Below are positions 25,572 to 45,754 of a stretch of 64,000 nucleotides of DNA, one piece after another; position 1 is the first letter of the stretch, and each line of letters starts with the position of its first letter. Source of the DNA: Dictyostelium discoideum. Its lineage: Eukaryota. Below the pieces are notes generated by a model. It was not told the DNA's origin. It saw only the letters and a program-made list of their open reading frames with translations, and made no database searches. Made by a program: the position numbers and the translations under genes. The DNA is taken from positions 1,600,001-1,664,000 of the forward strand of contig CM000153.2 in NCBI GenBank assembly GCA_000004695.1. The letters run 5' to 3'.

Positions 25572-27068
25572 ATGAATGAAAAAAGTAAATTAATAAAAAA
25601 CTCAAATAGTAAATTAGCAGATTATTTACATTTTGAAATTATAAAAATATTGATAAATTATTTATTAATTTATGATAAAAAGAAAACTAATGAAATTAAT
25701 TATAAATATTCATTAAAGAAATTTTCAAATTATATTGATGAATTAATAACTTATTCAATGGTTTCAAATAAATGGTTTAATTTCATTTCAACAACAATAT
25801 CAAATAATATAATTAATTATAATTTATTTGAAAATTGGTTTAAATTATCAACATCATTATCATCATCATCATCTTTATCATCATCATCATCATCATCATC
25901 ATCATTACCCTCTTCTTCTTCTTCTCTTTCTTGTTTAGATCAAAAGATTTATTTTAATTTTAAAAAAGTTTTATATATATATAAAAATAATAATAATTCA
26001 GATTATTCAATTATTAATATTGATACTAAATTAATTTATAATTATTTTAATAATGATATAATAGTTATAAAAGCTTATAAAACATCTGATAAATCATTAA
26101 ACTCATCCTCAATTCAAAGAAATTTAAAAAATAATAAATTAATAATTATTAATTTGAAATATAAAGATAGTGTTGAAAAATTTTTAAAATTAATTGTAAA
26201 AGATAAAAAACTTTTAAATATAATTAATTATCAACAAAATCAAGAAAACGAAAATGAAAATGAAAATGAAAAAAAACAAATTCAAATTAATATTAAAAAA
26301 TTAACAAATTTTAAATTTGAAAATAAAAATAAAATTAAAAATAAAAATCATGATGAAGGTTGTAGTAGTGGTGGTGATGGTAGTGGTGGTGGTGGTAGTA
26401 ATGATAATTTTTGTAAAATAAATTTAAATTATTTAAGAATTATTGAAGATAGAAATTGTATTAGTATTTACAATGCAATTAAATGTTTTAATACAAAAAA
26501 TTTAATTTATGAACCAAATGATTTTAGAGGTACTTTAGTAATTGATTATTCAATATTATTTAATCCAGATACTATTGGAAATATAGTTGAATCTATTATA
26601 ATTACCAAAACTGATCATATTGAACCATTATATTTAAAAGATTTAAATAAATTATTAAATTTACATACATTATCAATACCAATATCATTTCATGAAATAC
26701 AAAGAAATATAAATAATAATAATAATACTAGTTCAAATGTAAATAATTGTAGTTTCTCATTAAGATGTTTAAAAAATAAAAATAATTTAATAAATGATTG
26801 GGAAATAATGATCAATTCAACTATTTCAAGTAAATCATTAAAGAATTTAAAATTTATAAATTTTTGTTTTAAAATGCCAATTTGTAATACCACCACTAAT
26901 AATAATAATAATAATGAAATTTTTTATAATGGTTTTAAAAAATTATTATCATTTGGTTTAATTCAATATTTAAAATTGGAAGATTTTGATTTTAATGAAA
27001 TTAATAAAGATATCTTTTCAGTTTTATCAAATAATAAAATTTTGAAAACTTTAATTTTAAAAAATAAA

Positions 27069-27141
<73 letters not shown>

Positions 27142-27560
27142 TTGATGAAGAATTATATTATAAGAGTACAATTGAATATTTAATATCAAATATTTTTACA
27201 TCTGAAAATTGTGCTATAAAACATTTTAAATTTTATAATTGTTATCGTTATTTAACATCATCAATATTCAATTCAATTATAAATAATCAAAATGAATTAA
27301 ATTTATATTCAATGACATTTGAAGTTATTGATAATAATCAATTTAATCAAGTTTTAGATAAAATTAAAATAATTTTATCATCATCATTATCATCATCATC
27401 ATCGTCACCATATAGAGTTCCAATAAAAGAATTTAATATAAAGGTTCAACCTCATTTCATTTTAAATTTTAAAGAAAAAGTTAAACAATTCTATTGTTGT
27501 AATTCCATTGATCTAGAATCACCTAAAATTATAATAAATATAAGAAAGAATAAAAAATAA
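25572..27560 (+). CDS. F-box-like, Asn-rich protein of a Dictyostelium-specific paralogous family. Single exon, about 662 aa
   Basis: The biological ATG is at 25572 ('MNEKSKLIKNSNSKLADYLHFEIIKILINYLL...LKKFSNYIDELITYSMVSNKWFNFIS'). The track ORF starts earlier on a non-ATG codon. The N-terminal segment matches the F-box pattern (L..EI...I..YL...(V)SK.W..LI). The protein is collinear with the minus-strand gene at 43184..45262 ('LITFCLVSKKWFNLISEIISN', 'H(I/V)EP(L/I)..L.....LHTLSIPI..H.I'). Long poly-Asn and poly-Ser tracts are present. Confidence 0.6.
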
Positions 27561-27875
27561 AATTTAATTAATTTTTCTTTTGATCTTTCTTTTTTTTTTT
27601 TTATTTTTAATCATTTATTTTTTATTCCAAAAAAAAATCAAAAAAAATCAAAAAATCAAAAAATCAAAAAATCTAAAAATAAAATCAAAAAAAAATCTTT
27701 TTTTTTTTTTTTTTTGTTCAACCCCTAAATTAATTAAATTCAAACACAATTAAAAAAAAAATAATATTAAAAAAAAAAAAAAAATGACACCACATCTCAT
27801 CAACTCAACTAAACACAACAAATCAAAATTTTACAATACCTAAAAATAAATTATTTATTTTTATTTTTATTTTTG

Positions 27876-27906
<31 letters not shown>

Positions 27907-28473
27907 TGTTGAATGAAAATTGAAATTGTTTAGTTGAAATAATAAAAAATTATGTAATGATAAAAAATTTGGAAAATTCACTGAAATGGTTTCATGTTTA
28001 GTGATTGAAAATTTTATTGAGCATTAAAGTGACATAATTACAATTTTTTTTTTTTTTTTTAAATTGCCAAATATATTTATCTTTTTTTTTTTTAGGAGAA
28101 ATTTCCAATTAAATTTTTGAATTTTTTTTTTATTAAAAATTTGGGTTTTTTTTATAAATAAATAAATTTTTTTTTTTTTTTTTTTTTTCCAAGTGATAAT
28201 AAAATTGGTGTTCCATATGAAAAAAAAAAAAACAAATTTGTTAACAAATTTAGATACAATTTTGTTTTTTATAACATTTATTTGCTTTTTGGGCCCTTAA
28301 TTAATTTTTTCCATGGAAAAAAAAAAAAAAAAATTTTTTTTGGTGTTTTTTTTTTTTTTTGTGTGTAACCGTAATTTTATGGTTTGAGAAAAAAAAAAAA
28401 TTTTGGAATTGACAACACTTACCGTCAACAATTGTTTTTTTTTTTTTTTTTTTTTTATTTTTTATTTTTTATT

Positions 28474-28508
<35 letters not shown>

Positions 28509-28673
28509 AAAATTGATTTTGATATGGTTTAATGGAAATGACAAAAAATTATGTCAGCTACCATTTACATGAATTCTCAAAAATTTTTTTTTTATTCAGC
28601 TGATAACAAAATTATTGAGCGCCTAAGTTTACCTAATTAATACTCTGTAGAGTGATATAATCATAGTGTCTAG

Positions 28674-28708
<35 letters not shown>

Positions 28709-29569
28709 CCATTTTATTTTCACTTTCAACCAAATAGTTATTATTATTATTATTATTAATTTATAAATAAATCACTAAATAAATAAATAAATAAAATAAA
28801 ATAAATAATATACTTTATAATAATTAATTAATTATTAAGTAAAATAAATAAAATAATAGAAAAAAAAAAAAAAAAAAAAAAATATAATAATAAAATTGTT
28901 TTAAACAAAAACTTCAAATAATTTAATTATTGTAACCATATTTTTATTTTTTTAATCAAAAAAAAAAAAAAAAATAAAATAAAATAAAATAAAAAAAAAA
29001 AAAGGTATAAAAAAAATTTATTATGAAAATATTATTTTATTTCCAAATTTAATCTTCTGGTGAAAAAAAACCCCCCCGTAAAAATTATATGTTTGTGGAA
29101 AAAAAAAAAAAAAAAAAATTATTTTTTATTTTTTTATTTTTTATATTTTTTTTTTTTTTTTTTTTTATTTTTTTATTTTTTTATTTTTTTATTTTTTTTG
29201 AAATTTTCCAACACAGAGGAACAACAACAACAATATTAATTTTCTATATAATAATTTTAGCAGTAACAATAATTAAAAAATAATAGTAATTGAAGCAAAA
29301 ATTAATAATAATAAATTATAATAAATAATAATAATTATAAATAATAATAGAGTTTTTAATAATTAAATCCAAATTACTTATATATGTTTTCTTAATTTTT
29401 TTTCTTATTTAACTTTAGAAATTTTAAAATTTTTTTTTCCTCAATAATTTAAAGAAACTACACATAAATAAAAGCAAAAAAAAAAAAACAAATCAGATTT
29501 ATATATAAACAAAAATTATTCTAACTATATATTAAAATATATAGTTAGATAATTGTACAAAACTTTAAA

Positions 29570-32993
<3,424 letters not shown>

Positions 32994-33128
32994 AAAAAAG
33001 AAAAAAAAAAAACAAAAAAAAAAAAAACAACAAAAAAAAAAAATTTAAAGTAATATTTCTAATAAATTAAGACTTGGAATCATTGTATAGTGCCATCATC
33101 GATTTTTATTTTAATTAAAATATAAAAA

Positions 33129-33161
<33 letters not shown>

Positions 33162-33346
33162 TATTATAAAAGATTTTTCATTTTCTAAAAATAATAGGTT
33201 ACAAAATATCTTTTTTGTTTAGAAAAAAAAAAAAAAAATAAAAAAAAAATAAAAAAAAAATAAAAAATAAAAAAAAGTATAAAAATAAACGGAACAAATC
33301 AAAAATATTTAATCAAAACAGTTGGAGATTTGTTATTCGGCTTTGG

Positions 33347-33410
<64 letters not shown>

Positions 33411-34828
33411 AAGTGGTGCGAGTGGACGAACATATATGCAAAGATTAAATTTTTTTTTTTTTAATATTTTAATATTTTTTTTTTAATATTTTAATATTTT
33501 TTTCTTTTGGCCTTAATAATCATTTTAATTTTCTTACACAGAAAAAAATATAACCATCATAATTATTATTATTATTATAGTTAATAGTAAAGACTGGTGC
33601 TGTTTAATAAAATAATTAAAAATACTGCAATAAAAACAACACACCCACTACCACCCTACAAATATAATTGGCTATATCTCATCCTATTTTTATTTTTTTT
33701 TTTATTTTTTTTTTTATTTTTTTTTTTTTAACTTGTGTTGTTTTTAACACATTATTATAAAAAAAAAGCAACAAAATAACCAAAAAAAGTATTATCCATT
33801 TATATCTATATTTAATAGTTGTTTCTATTTCATTTAATTTGTCTATATATATTTTTTTGTCACCCATTACCCAAAAATAATACAATAAAACAAAAAAAAA
33901 AAAAAACCTCTCACTTAATACGCATTTTATTTTCATTCACACACAATATCTATAATTATTTTACTTTTACAATAAAATAAATTTTTAAGAAAAAATAAAT
34001 AAAAAAAATAATAAAAAAACATTAATAATTAAAAATAATAATGAAGTAATTATTTCTTATCCAAGTGTTTTAAAAAAAAAAAAATAATAAAAAAAAAAAA
34101 AAAAAAAAAAATTTATAAATAAATTAATAAATAAAGCAATAATAATTGTTTATTTTAAACAATTATTATTTAAATCGTTGCATTACAGAATATAATAATA
34201 ACATTAAATAATAATAATAAAAAAAAAAAAAAAAAAAAAAAAATCCAAAATAAATTTAGATACCACAAAAAATATACTAAAAAAAAAAACTAAAAATAAA
34301 AACGAAACACTTTAAAAAAAAAAAAAAAAAAAAAAAAAATAAAATAAAATAAAAAAAATATCATAACTTTTTTTTCTTTCCACTGGACAACAACGTTGAT
34401 GAAAACTTTTAAAAAAAAAAAGAAAAAAAAGAAAATAAAAAAAAAAAAAAAAAAAAAAAAAAACAAAAACATAATTTGATTTGTTTATTTCACACTCGCA
34501 CACCACCTAAAAACGAAACCAAAATTATTTATTTAATTTTACACATATAATTTTTTTTTAATTTTTTTTTAATTTTTTTTTTTTTTCAATATTTATTTAT
34601 TTGTTTTTTTTATTATTTTTTTTTTTAAATTATTATTATTTTTATTTTTAAAAATTAAAATAATTAATGCGCATTACATCATTATATTAATATTTTGGTA
34701 AATGTTTGATTTCTTTTATAAAAAATAAAAACAAAAAAAAAAAATAGTTATTATATTTTTAGATATTATTATTTGATTTATAAATATATTAAAATTAAAA
34801 AAAAAAAAGTAAAAAAAGAAAAATAAAA

Positions 34829-34872
34829 ATGTACAATTTCTTTGACAGAATTAAAGCTCCACTCGTAAGTGT

Positions 34873-34908
<36 letters not shown>

Positions 34909-37741
34909 AAAAAAACCAAAAACTATATATCTAGATATTTTGGATTTTATTTTTTATTTTTTTTATTTATTTTTCTAATTTAATTTTTTTTTTTTTTTTT
35001 CTTAATTTAATTAGACCGAATTTAGAAAAAAGAATCCTTATAAAAAAGATGACGATTTTGAAAATAATAACAGTGGTATAAATAATAACAATGGTATAAA
35101 TAATATAACAAATGACGGTAATAATAATAATAATAGTAATTGTAATAGTAATAATAGTAATAATAATAGTAATATTAATGGTGGAAATGTCACAGAAGGA
35201 TTTTTAACGAGTAGTAATAATATAAATATACCAACCACACAACCTTTACCAGTTGTTGTAAATGGAATAGCACCAGTTCCATCATTACCAATATCGATTT
35301 TAAAACAATCACAACTTATAGGTGCAATTAATCCTTTAGGTTCAATTAATCCTTTAGGTTCAATTAATCCTTTAGGTTCAATTAATCCTTTAGGTGGTTC
35401 GTCACCAAGAGGATACTATCAAAATGTTGCAGCCAATCATACACATTCACCAAATTCAATACCAACAATAATATCTCAATCGCCACTCGTAAATCCATTA
35501 AATTCTTCAACTTCAATACATCAACAATTACCAACAACTACACCAATTTCTCATCATCATCAGCAACAGCAACAACAACAGCAACAACAACAACAATCAA
35601 TAGTACCACCACAACATATAGTACCAAATGTAATTTCTGTACCAATTGAAATTGCTGAAATAACATCAACAACACCAATATCAATTGTTCCACAACAAAC
35701 ACCACAAACTCAACAATCTCCATCAATAGGTTCACCGATTTTAAATCAATCTATTTCTGGAAATAGTTTTCAACAACCACAACAACAAATACACCACCAA
35801 ACACCAAATAGTATTTTTTCATCCTTTTTACAACCAAATCAACAAACAACTTATAATCATCAATTACCATCATCATTAGGTCAATCAGCATCAATACAAC
35901 AACAACAAATTCAACAACAACAATTATTACAACATTTATCAAATTTACATCAAATGCATCAAACTCAATTTACATCACCACACAGTCCTGGTTTATCATT
36001 TCAACAACAATTACAACAACAGCAACAACAACAACAACAACAATATCAACATAATACACACTCATTATCAAATTCAAGAAATAAATCAAATGATCAAACT
36101 AATAATGATGGAATTGAAATGAGAGAAATTAAAAAATCAACAAATGGACTTAATTTTACACAAATTAATAGTCCATTAAATAATATATTACGTAATACAT
36201 CAAGTTTAAATTCTGGAATAAATTATTCATATAATCCATATTCATTAAATCAATCAACAATAAATGTTGTATCAAATAGTAACACTCATCAACATGAACA
36301 TAATAAATATAATGGTATAGATAGATTATCAACATCAATACCAATTAATGAAATAATGACCAATGGAAATGGTGCATCAAATGAAGAAGCAGAATTATTA
36401 AAAATACCAAAAATTCCAAAAAAGAAATCAAGATTTAATAAAGAGAAAATGAAGAAATTCAAAAAGAGTGTTTATCAAATCCTATCACCAGAAACTCAAT
36501 TACCAATTCATATAGTTGATAATGACCAAATGGAAAATACAGTTATACCATTCCTTATGGAATTAGGTAGAGCCCTATTAATGTCTGGTGTACCAGCACA
36601 TAGATTAGAGTATGAATTAACACTAATTAGTGGTACATTTGGTATTGATGGTCATTTCTTTACAACACCAACTGGTATTTTCTTTTCATTTGGTTCACCA
36701 CATACAATTCTTTCACCCTATACCCATTTCCTTAGAATTAATTCAACAGATTATAATATGAATCGTTTGATTTTATTGGAACAATTGGCTGACCAAGTTA
36801 TTTATGGTCATGTTAGCTGTGCAGAGGGTTTGGTGAGATTAAAGGAGATCCTACGTTTAAAACCACTCTATAACAATTATTTAACCGTGATAAGTTTTGT
36901 TTTATCTTCATTTGCAATCGCATTCTTTTTTAAAGCGGGCTGGGTTGAAGTTGGTGCATGTTCATTCGTTGGTTTATACGTTGGTTTATTGAGTGCCGTT
37001 TCTTCAAAGTACGCAACAGTCGGTAGAGTTTTAGAGGCTCTTTCCGCTTGTGGTGGTGCTGTATTGGCTTCGCTATTCAATGCTTTCATTTATCCAGTTC
37101 ATATTTTCATGGTGACACTTGGCGGAATCATTGCTTTGGCACCCGGTTTAAGTTTAACTTTGGCTGTGGCTGAGATATCAACTCGTAATTTAATCTCTGG
37201 TAATGCACGTTTGGTTGGTGTTTTCTCTTGTCTTTTACAATTAACATTTGGTATTGCATTGGGAACTCGTATCTCTGCAAAGATATTACCAATTCAAATC
37301 GAAGTCAATCCATTATCTCTACCCTCTTGGACAATGTTTTTAGCGGTACCAATTGCTGCCATATCATTTGCCGTTCAAATGAAGGTACATCCAAGACAAA
37401 TTTGGGTAATCATCATTGCAAGTGCTTTAGGTATACTTTGTGGTAATTGGGGTAATAAATTCTTTGGTGAAGATGTTGGTTCTTTCTTTGGTTCTTGTGC
37501 AATTTGTATGTTGGGTAACCTTTATGCAAGATTATCAGGAACTTCTGCTGCAGTTCCAATTATGAGTGGTATCATTTTATTAGTTCCTGGTAGTATGGGT
37601 GTAAAAGGTTTAGTTAGTGTATCATCTGGTGATATATCAGGTGGTATTGTTTTCTTTGAAGGAATGTTTATGATTGCTGCATCTTTAACAATTGGTTTAT
37701 TAGTTGCAAATTTAATTGTTAAACCAAATAAAGCATTATAA
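34829..37741 (+). CDS. Putative threonine/serine-exporter-family membrane protein (ThrE / DUF1212 + DUF3815, fungal Prm10-like) with a long Gln/Asn/Pro-rich N-terminal extension. Two exons: 34829..34864 and 35015..37741, about 921 aa
   Basis: Exon 1 'MYNFFDRIKAPL' ends at a GTAAGT donor. A 150-nt AT-rich intron ends in AATTTAATTAG. By my reading the frame stays open from 35015 into track ORF 35954..37741 with no in-frame ATG, GTG or TTG. This is consistent with the track listing its start only at 35954. The C-terminal 430 aa is a polytopic membrane domain ('VPAHRLEYELTLISGTFGIDGHFFTTPTGIFFSFGSP...IALAPGLSLTLAVAEISTRNLISGNARLVGVFSCLLQLTFGIALG...') typical of ThrE/YjjP-YjjB-type proteins. The low-complexity region contains a fourfold 'SINPLG' repeat. 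Confidence 0.55.
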
Positions 37742-38104
37742 ATAAAAGTAATAATAGTAATAATAGTAATAATAATAATAAAATAATAATTAATTAATAA
37801 TAAATAATATAAATAATTAATAATTTATAATAATAATAATTATAATATTAAAAAAAGATTTTTAAAAATATAAATAATAAAATTAAAAATTTATAAAATA
37901 ATAAATATACAATCAATATATTTATAAATCTATAAATTGTATATATAAATTATATATATAAATTGTATAAAAAAAAAAAAAAAAAAAAAAATATTTATAT
38001 TTATTAATTTACTTTTATTTATTTATTTAATTGAAATTTTTTTTTTTAAAAAAAAAGATATATTTGAAAAAAAAAAAAAAAGAAAGAAAAAAATAATATT
38101 TATA

Positions 38105-39565
<1,461 letters not shown>

Positions 39566-39995
39566 AATTATTATTATTAATATATATATTTGTATAAAAA
39601 AAAAATAAAAAAAAATATTATTTGTTTGTGATAAAATAAATTTTAATAAATAAGAATTAAACAAAAAAAAAAAAAAAAAATAAGGGGGTTTTTTTTTTTT
39701 AAAAAAAAAAAGATAATTTAATTTAAATTAAATTTTTTATTTTTTTGTTTTCCTGTAAAAATTAATTTTAAACATGCCACCATATTTTTTATTTGAAATT
39801 TTTATTTTCTTTAAAAAAAAAATATCTTGAGATTTGAGGATCTTGATCAAAAAATTTATGTTTTTTTATTTTTTTTTATTTTTTTATTTTTATTTTTTTA
39901 TTTATTTTTTATTTTTTTATTTTTTTATTTATAAATATTCTATTTTTATTTTTATTATTATTTAAATGATACCCATTTGGTAATAAAAAAATTTC

Positions 39996-40029
<34 letters not shown>

Positions 40030-40055
40030 TACAATTATAATTTATTTAAAATTAA

Positions 40056-41798
40056 TTAATAAATGATTCTATTTGGATCTTTTGAAGAGAAAATATGATA
40101 AATTTTTGAAGAGAGAACTGGACCTAAATTTTTAGTACCTCTATTTTGGTCGATTTTAACATCTCTTAAAAGGTTTTCTTTTTCATACTCTGAAGAGGAA
40201 TCACCATAGTAAGAGAATAAACTAGTGACAGTTGGATACTTTGCAACGATACCTCTCGCGATATTCGAAGAGATACCAGTGATCTGACATAACTGATTAC
40301 TCCAAGTATCACATAGAGAAGTTTGTTTCCTCTTCTTTATTGAATCTGCACAGAAGCCTTCAAACAATTGATCCTCATTACGTAGTGGTAATAAAGCAAC
40401 AGTTTGAAAAGACTTGAAAAGAAAATTAACAATATCATTTCTATTCTCAATGGTTCTAATGGTAATACTAAAGTCCATCTGAACTTGCACTAATATCTTT
40501 TCAATTGTAACCTTGGTCGGTGGTAAATTCATTGTCAATGCATTTATATTCTTTTCCAATAACCCTTTTTGAATGGTTTGCTTTGAAATTGATTTTGAAA
40601 TTTGATGTAAATAAGAATCCAATGATTCTACCAACAATGTGAAATTACATGTAGGATTATCTCTTTTCACTTTACTAATCTTTTCAATTAATTCATTATT
40701 TTGAATTAATTGAGTTAACATTTTTGCTGAATATTTTAAAATTACAAATTTTTCATATTGTTCATTTGAATTTATATTATCAATATTATTATTATTATTA
40801 TCAATATTATTATTATTATTATCAATATTATTATTATTATTATTGTTGTTATTATTATTATTATTATCATTTTCTTCATCATTTTGATTATTATTATTAA
40901 ATCTGCGTATAAATCTAATTGAATATGGAATTGTAGAATTAGTAAATTCAATATTTGGAGTTTTTAATTCTAATTGAGCTTTTATATCATCAATTCCAAG
41001 TTCATTCTCTAAATTCTTATCAAATATAATGAATGTTTCTTCTAAACATGTTGTTTTTGTTATCTTTTTTGGTTTTGGTGTTTTTTTTTTATTACTACTT
41101 GATGTTGATTTCTGTTTAGATGATGATGATGATGATGACGATGATGATGATGATGATTTAGTTTTACTACTAGTTGTAGTAGATTTCTTTGATGGTTTTA
41201 ATGGTTTAAATTCTTGATCTAATTCAGAATCTGATACTTCATCACCATCATCAATCATTGAATTTGTGTTATTATTGGTATTGTTATTATTATTATAATT
41301 GAAACTATCATGATTATCGTTTGTTGATCTTTTTTTTTTACTATTTCCATCATCTTCGTCACTATTTTTTGATTTTCTTTTTGACGATGATGATGATGAT
41401 GATTTCTTGGTTTTTGTATCATTATCATTTCCACTATCATCCTCATAATCATCTAAATTTACAATACCACTATTATTACCATCATTATCAATTCTTGGTT
41501 TTTTACTAATTATTAAAGATGAATATGATGACCTTTTATTACTATTAATACTATTATTATTATTATTTGTAGAAGTAGTAGTAGTAGTAGTAGTGGTAGT
41601 CTTTTTTGATTTCTTCTTTTCTTCTGATAATTTTTTTTTTTTCTCTTTTTCTGTCATGAATGTTTGTTCAATTGATTCATCTTCATCATCCTCTTCATCA
41701 TCAAGTGAAAAATTGAAACCTGAATTTGAAACTTTTGAACTTGGTTTCTTTTCCTCTTCATCTGATGATATTATATCAATAACATCCCTTTGTGTCAT
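40056..41798 (-). CDS. eme1: EME1/Mms4-family protein, the non-catalytic partner of the Mus81 structure-specific endonuclease. Single exon, 580 aa
   Basis: The C-terminal half is collinear with human EME1. 'TSLCDTWSNQLCQITGISSNIARGIVAKYPTVTSLFSYYGDSSSEYEKENLLRDVKIDQNRGTKNLGPVLSSKIYHIFSS' aligns with '[79 protein letters not shown]'. 'IENRNDIVNFLFKSFQTVALLP' aligns with '[26 protein letters not shown]'. The ERCC4-like core is degenerate ('LLVESLDSY' instead of an ERK catalytic motif), as expected for EME1. The N-terminus is an acidic/Lys/Ser-rich low-complexity region. Confidence 0.7.
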   Translation of the reverse strand: MTQRDVIDIISSDEEEKKPSSKVSNSGFNFSLDDEEDDEDESIEQTFMTEKEKKKKLSEEKKKSKKTTTTTTTTTSTNNNNNSINSNKRSSYSSLIISKKPRIDNDGNNSGIVNLDDYEDDSGNDNDTKTKKSSSSSSSKRKSKNSDEDDGNSKKKRSTNDNHDSFNYNNNNNTNNNTNSMIDDGDEVSDSELDQEFKPLKPSKKSTTTSSKTKSSSSSSSSSSSSSKQKSTSSSNKKKTPKPKKITKTTCLEETFIIFDKNLENELGIDDIKAQLELKTPNIEFTNSTIPYSIRFIRRFNNNNQNDEENDNNNNNNNNNNNNNIDNNNNNIDNNNNNIDNINSNEQYEKFVILKYSAKMLTQLIQNNELIEKISKVKRDNPTCNFTLLVESLDSYLHQISKSISKQTIQKGLLEKNINALTMNLPPTKVTIEKILVQVQMDFSITIRTIENRNDIVNFLFKSFQTVALLPLRNEDQLFEGFCADSIKKRKQTSLCDTWSNQLCQITGISSNIARGIVAKYPTVTSLFSYYGDSSSEYEKENLLRDVKIDQNRGTKNLGPVLSSKIYHIFSSKDPNRIIY

Positions 41799-41863
41799 TG
41801 TTTATTTATTTATTTATTTATTTATTTTTCTAAAAAAGATAATTATTGTATTTGAAAATTTAC

Positions 41864-41894
<31 letters not shown>

Positions 41895-42234
41895 AATTCT
41901 GAAAAAAAAAAAAAAAAATAAATAAATTAAAAATAAATCGCACAAAAAAAAAAAAAAAAAAAATAAAATACAATAAAAACAATTTATTAGGGATATTTAT
42001 TTTAAAAAATGTATAAATAATTATTTTTTTTTTATAAAAATGGTTTAGAAAAAAAAAAAAAATATAAAAGAATACAAAAAATAAAATTAATTATATAAAA
42101 TAAAAAAAAAATAATTTTTTTATAAATTTTTAAACAATTCTTTTTTTTTTTTATTATTTAATTATAATTAAATTTGAAATGTCATTTTATTGGAAATATT
42201 CTAAGGTATTTTTTTAGGAAAGCTTAGGGAATGA

Positions 42235-42440
42235 TATGGTCATCTATTTTCGTAATGTCATAGTGCATAGATAAATCTTTCCTTTCTCTGACACTAGATT
42301 AATATTGATCATTTTTTATTTCCCTTTGGATATGATAGTATTGATATGAACATTAACTTTTCTAAATGATATAGTGCATAGATAAATCTTTCCTTTCTCT
42401 ACCATTAGATTGGTTAGGGTACATATCATCATATTACTTC
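42235..42440. repeat. Non-AT-rich intergenic island with a direct repeat
   Basis: The exact 30-mer 'atagtgcatagataaatctttcctttctct' occurs twice, about 115 bp apart (about 42258 and about 42373). The flanks are related ('tgtcatagtgcatag...' and 'tgatatagtgcatag...'; '...ctagattaatattg' and '...ttagattggttagg'). No ORF is present, and the island lies between the EME1-like gene and the F-box-like paralogue. Confidence 0.5.
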
Positions 42441-43124
42441 ATTTTCTTTTTTCTATATTATTTAAAATTAAAATTAGAATATTATTTATTTATTTATTTA
42501 TTTTTTATATTTAATTTTTTTTTTTACCATTTTTACCTTTTTTCTCTTTTATTTTATCCTTAGTCTTTAATTTTCTTTGTTTTTTGAAATAATACTATTT
42601 CATTTTATTTATTTTAATTCTTTGGTTTGGAATGAAAAAAAAAAAAAAAAAAAAAAAAAAAAGATCATTTTTATACTCTGAAAATTTTTTTATTAATTCC
42701 GATTTAAAATTATTTAGATTTGTCCTAAATAGGAATTTTTACTTTATTTCCTTTTTTTTATCAATTTCTAGATTTGGCAATTAATTGATAATAAAAATGG
42801 TTAAATCGGGACAACTAACTTAATTTATAATTTTAATTAATTATTTTTTTATTTTTCTCCCCATCAAATAAAGTTTTAAATTATAAAAAAAAAAAAAAAA
42901 AATCAGAATATTTACATTTTTTTTATATTTTAAATACCAAAAAAATTAAATCATTTTCTATAAAAAAAAAAAAAAAAAAAAAAAAATGAATTCTCCAATA
43001 AAACTAAGAAATAAAAAATCAGTCGCAAATAATTCCATATGAAAAGAGTTATTTTTTTAAACTTTTTTTATTTTTCTAATTTTTTTTTTTAGTTTGTAAA
43101 ATTTACAAACCAAAAATGAAGCTA

Positions 43125-45262
<2,138 letters not shown>

Positions 45263-45754
45263 TGTTTTTTGTAAAATAAAAAATATTAAAAAAAAAAAAA
45301 AAAACCAAAAAACAAAACAAAATAAAATAAAATAAAATAAAACAAAATAAAACGGAAATATTAAAAAAAAAAAAAAAATAGGGAAAAAAACAAAATAAAA
45401 TAAAAATAAAAATAGAATAAAAATAAATATAGAATAAATTTAATAATTTGATGTAAAACTTCAATCTATTATTACGGTTTTTTAAAAATATATAATTAAT
45501 TTAGTGTGTGTATTATTATTATTATTTATTTAATTAATTAATTTTTTTTTTTTTTTTTTTTTTTTCAGAAATTATAAACAAAACATAATTTCAGATTTCA
45601 AAACTTTATACTTTTTTTGGAAATTAAAAAGAAATATTTTTTTTTCTTTTTTTTTTTTTTTTATTTTTAGAAAAAAAGATATTTAAAAAAAAAAAAAAAA
45701 AAAAAAAAGTAAAAATGGTTTTGGATAAATTATTAAAATAACTTTTTTTTTTTT

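Noticed and set aside
27600-29550. Possible transposon remnant in the 2-kb spacer, from recurring short strings such as 'ttattgagc(g/a)', 'gataa(t/c)aaaatt' and 'acaaaaaattatgt'
   Set aside because: The matches are short (10 bp or less) and scattered. There are no TIRs, no target-site duplications and no ORF. I cannot distinguish them from chance in low-complexity A/T sequence.
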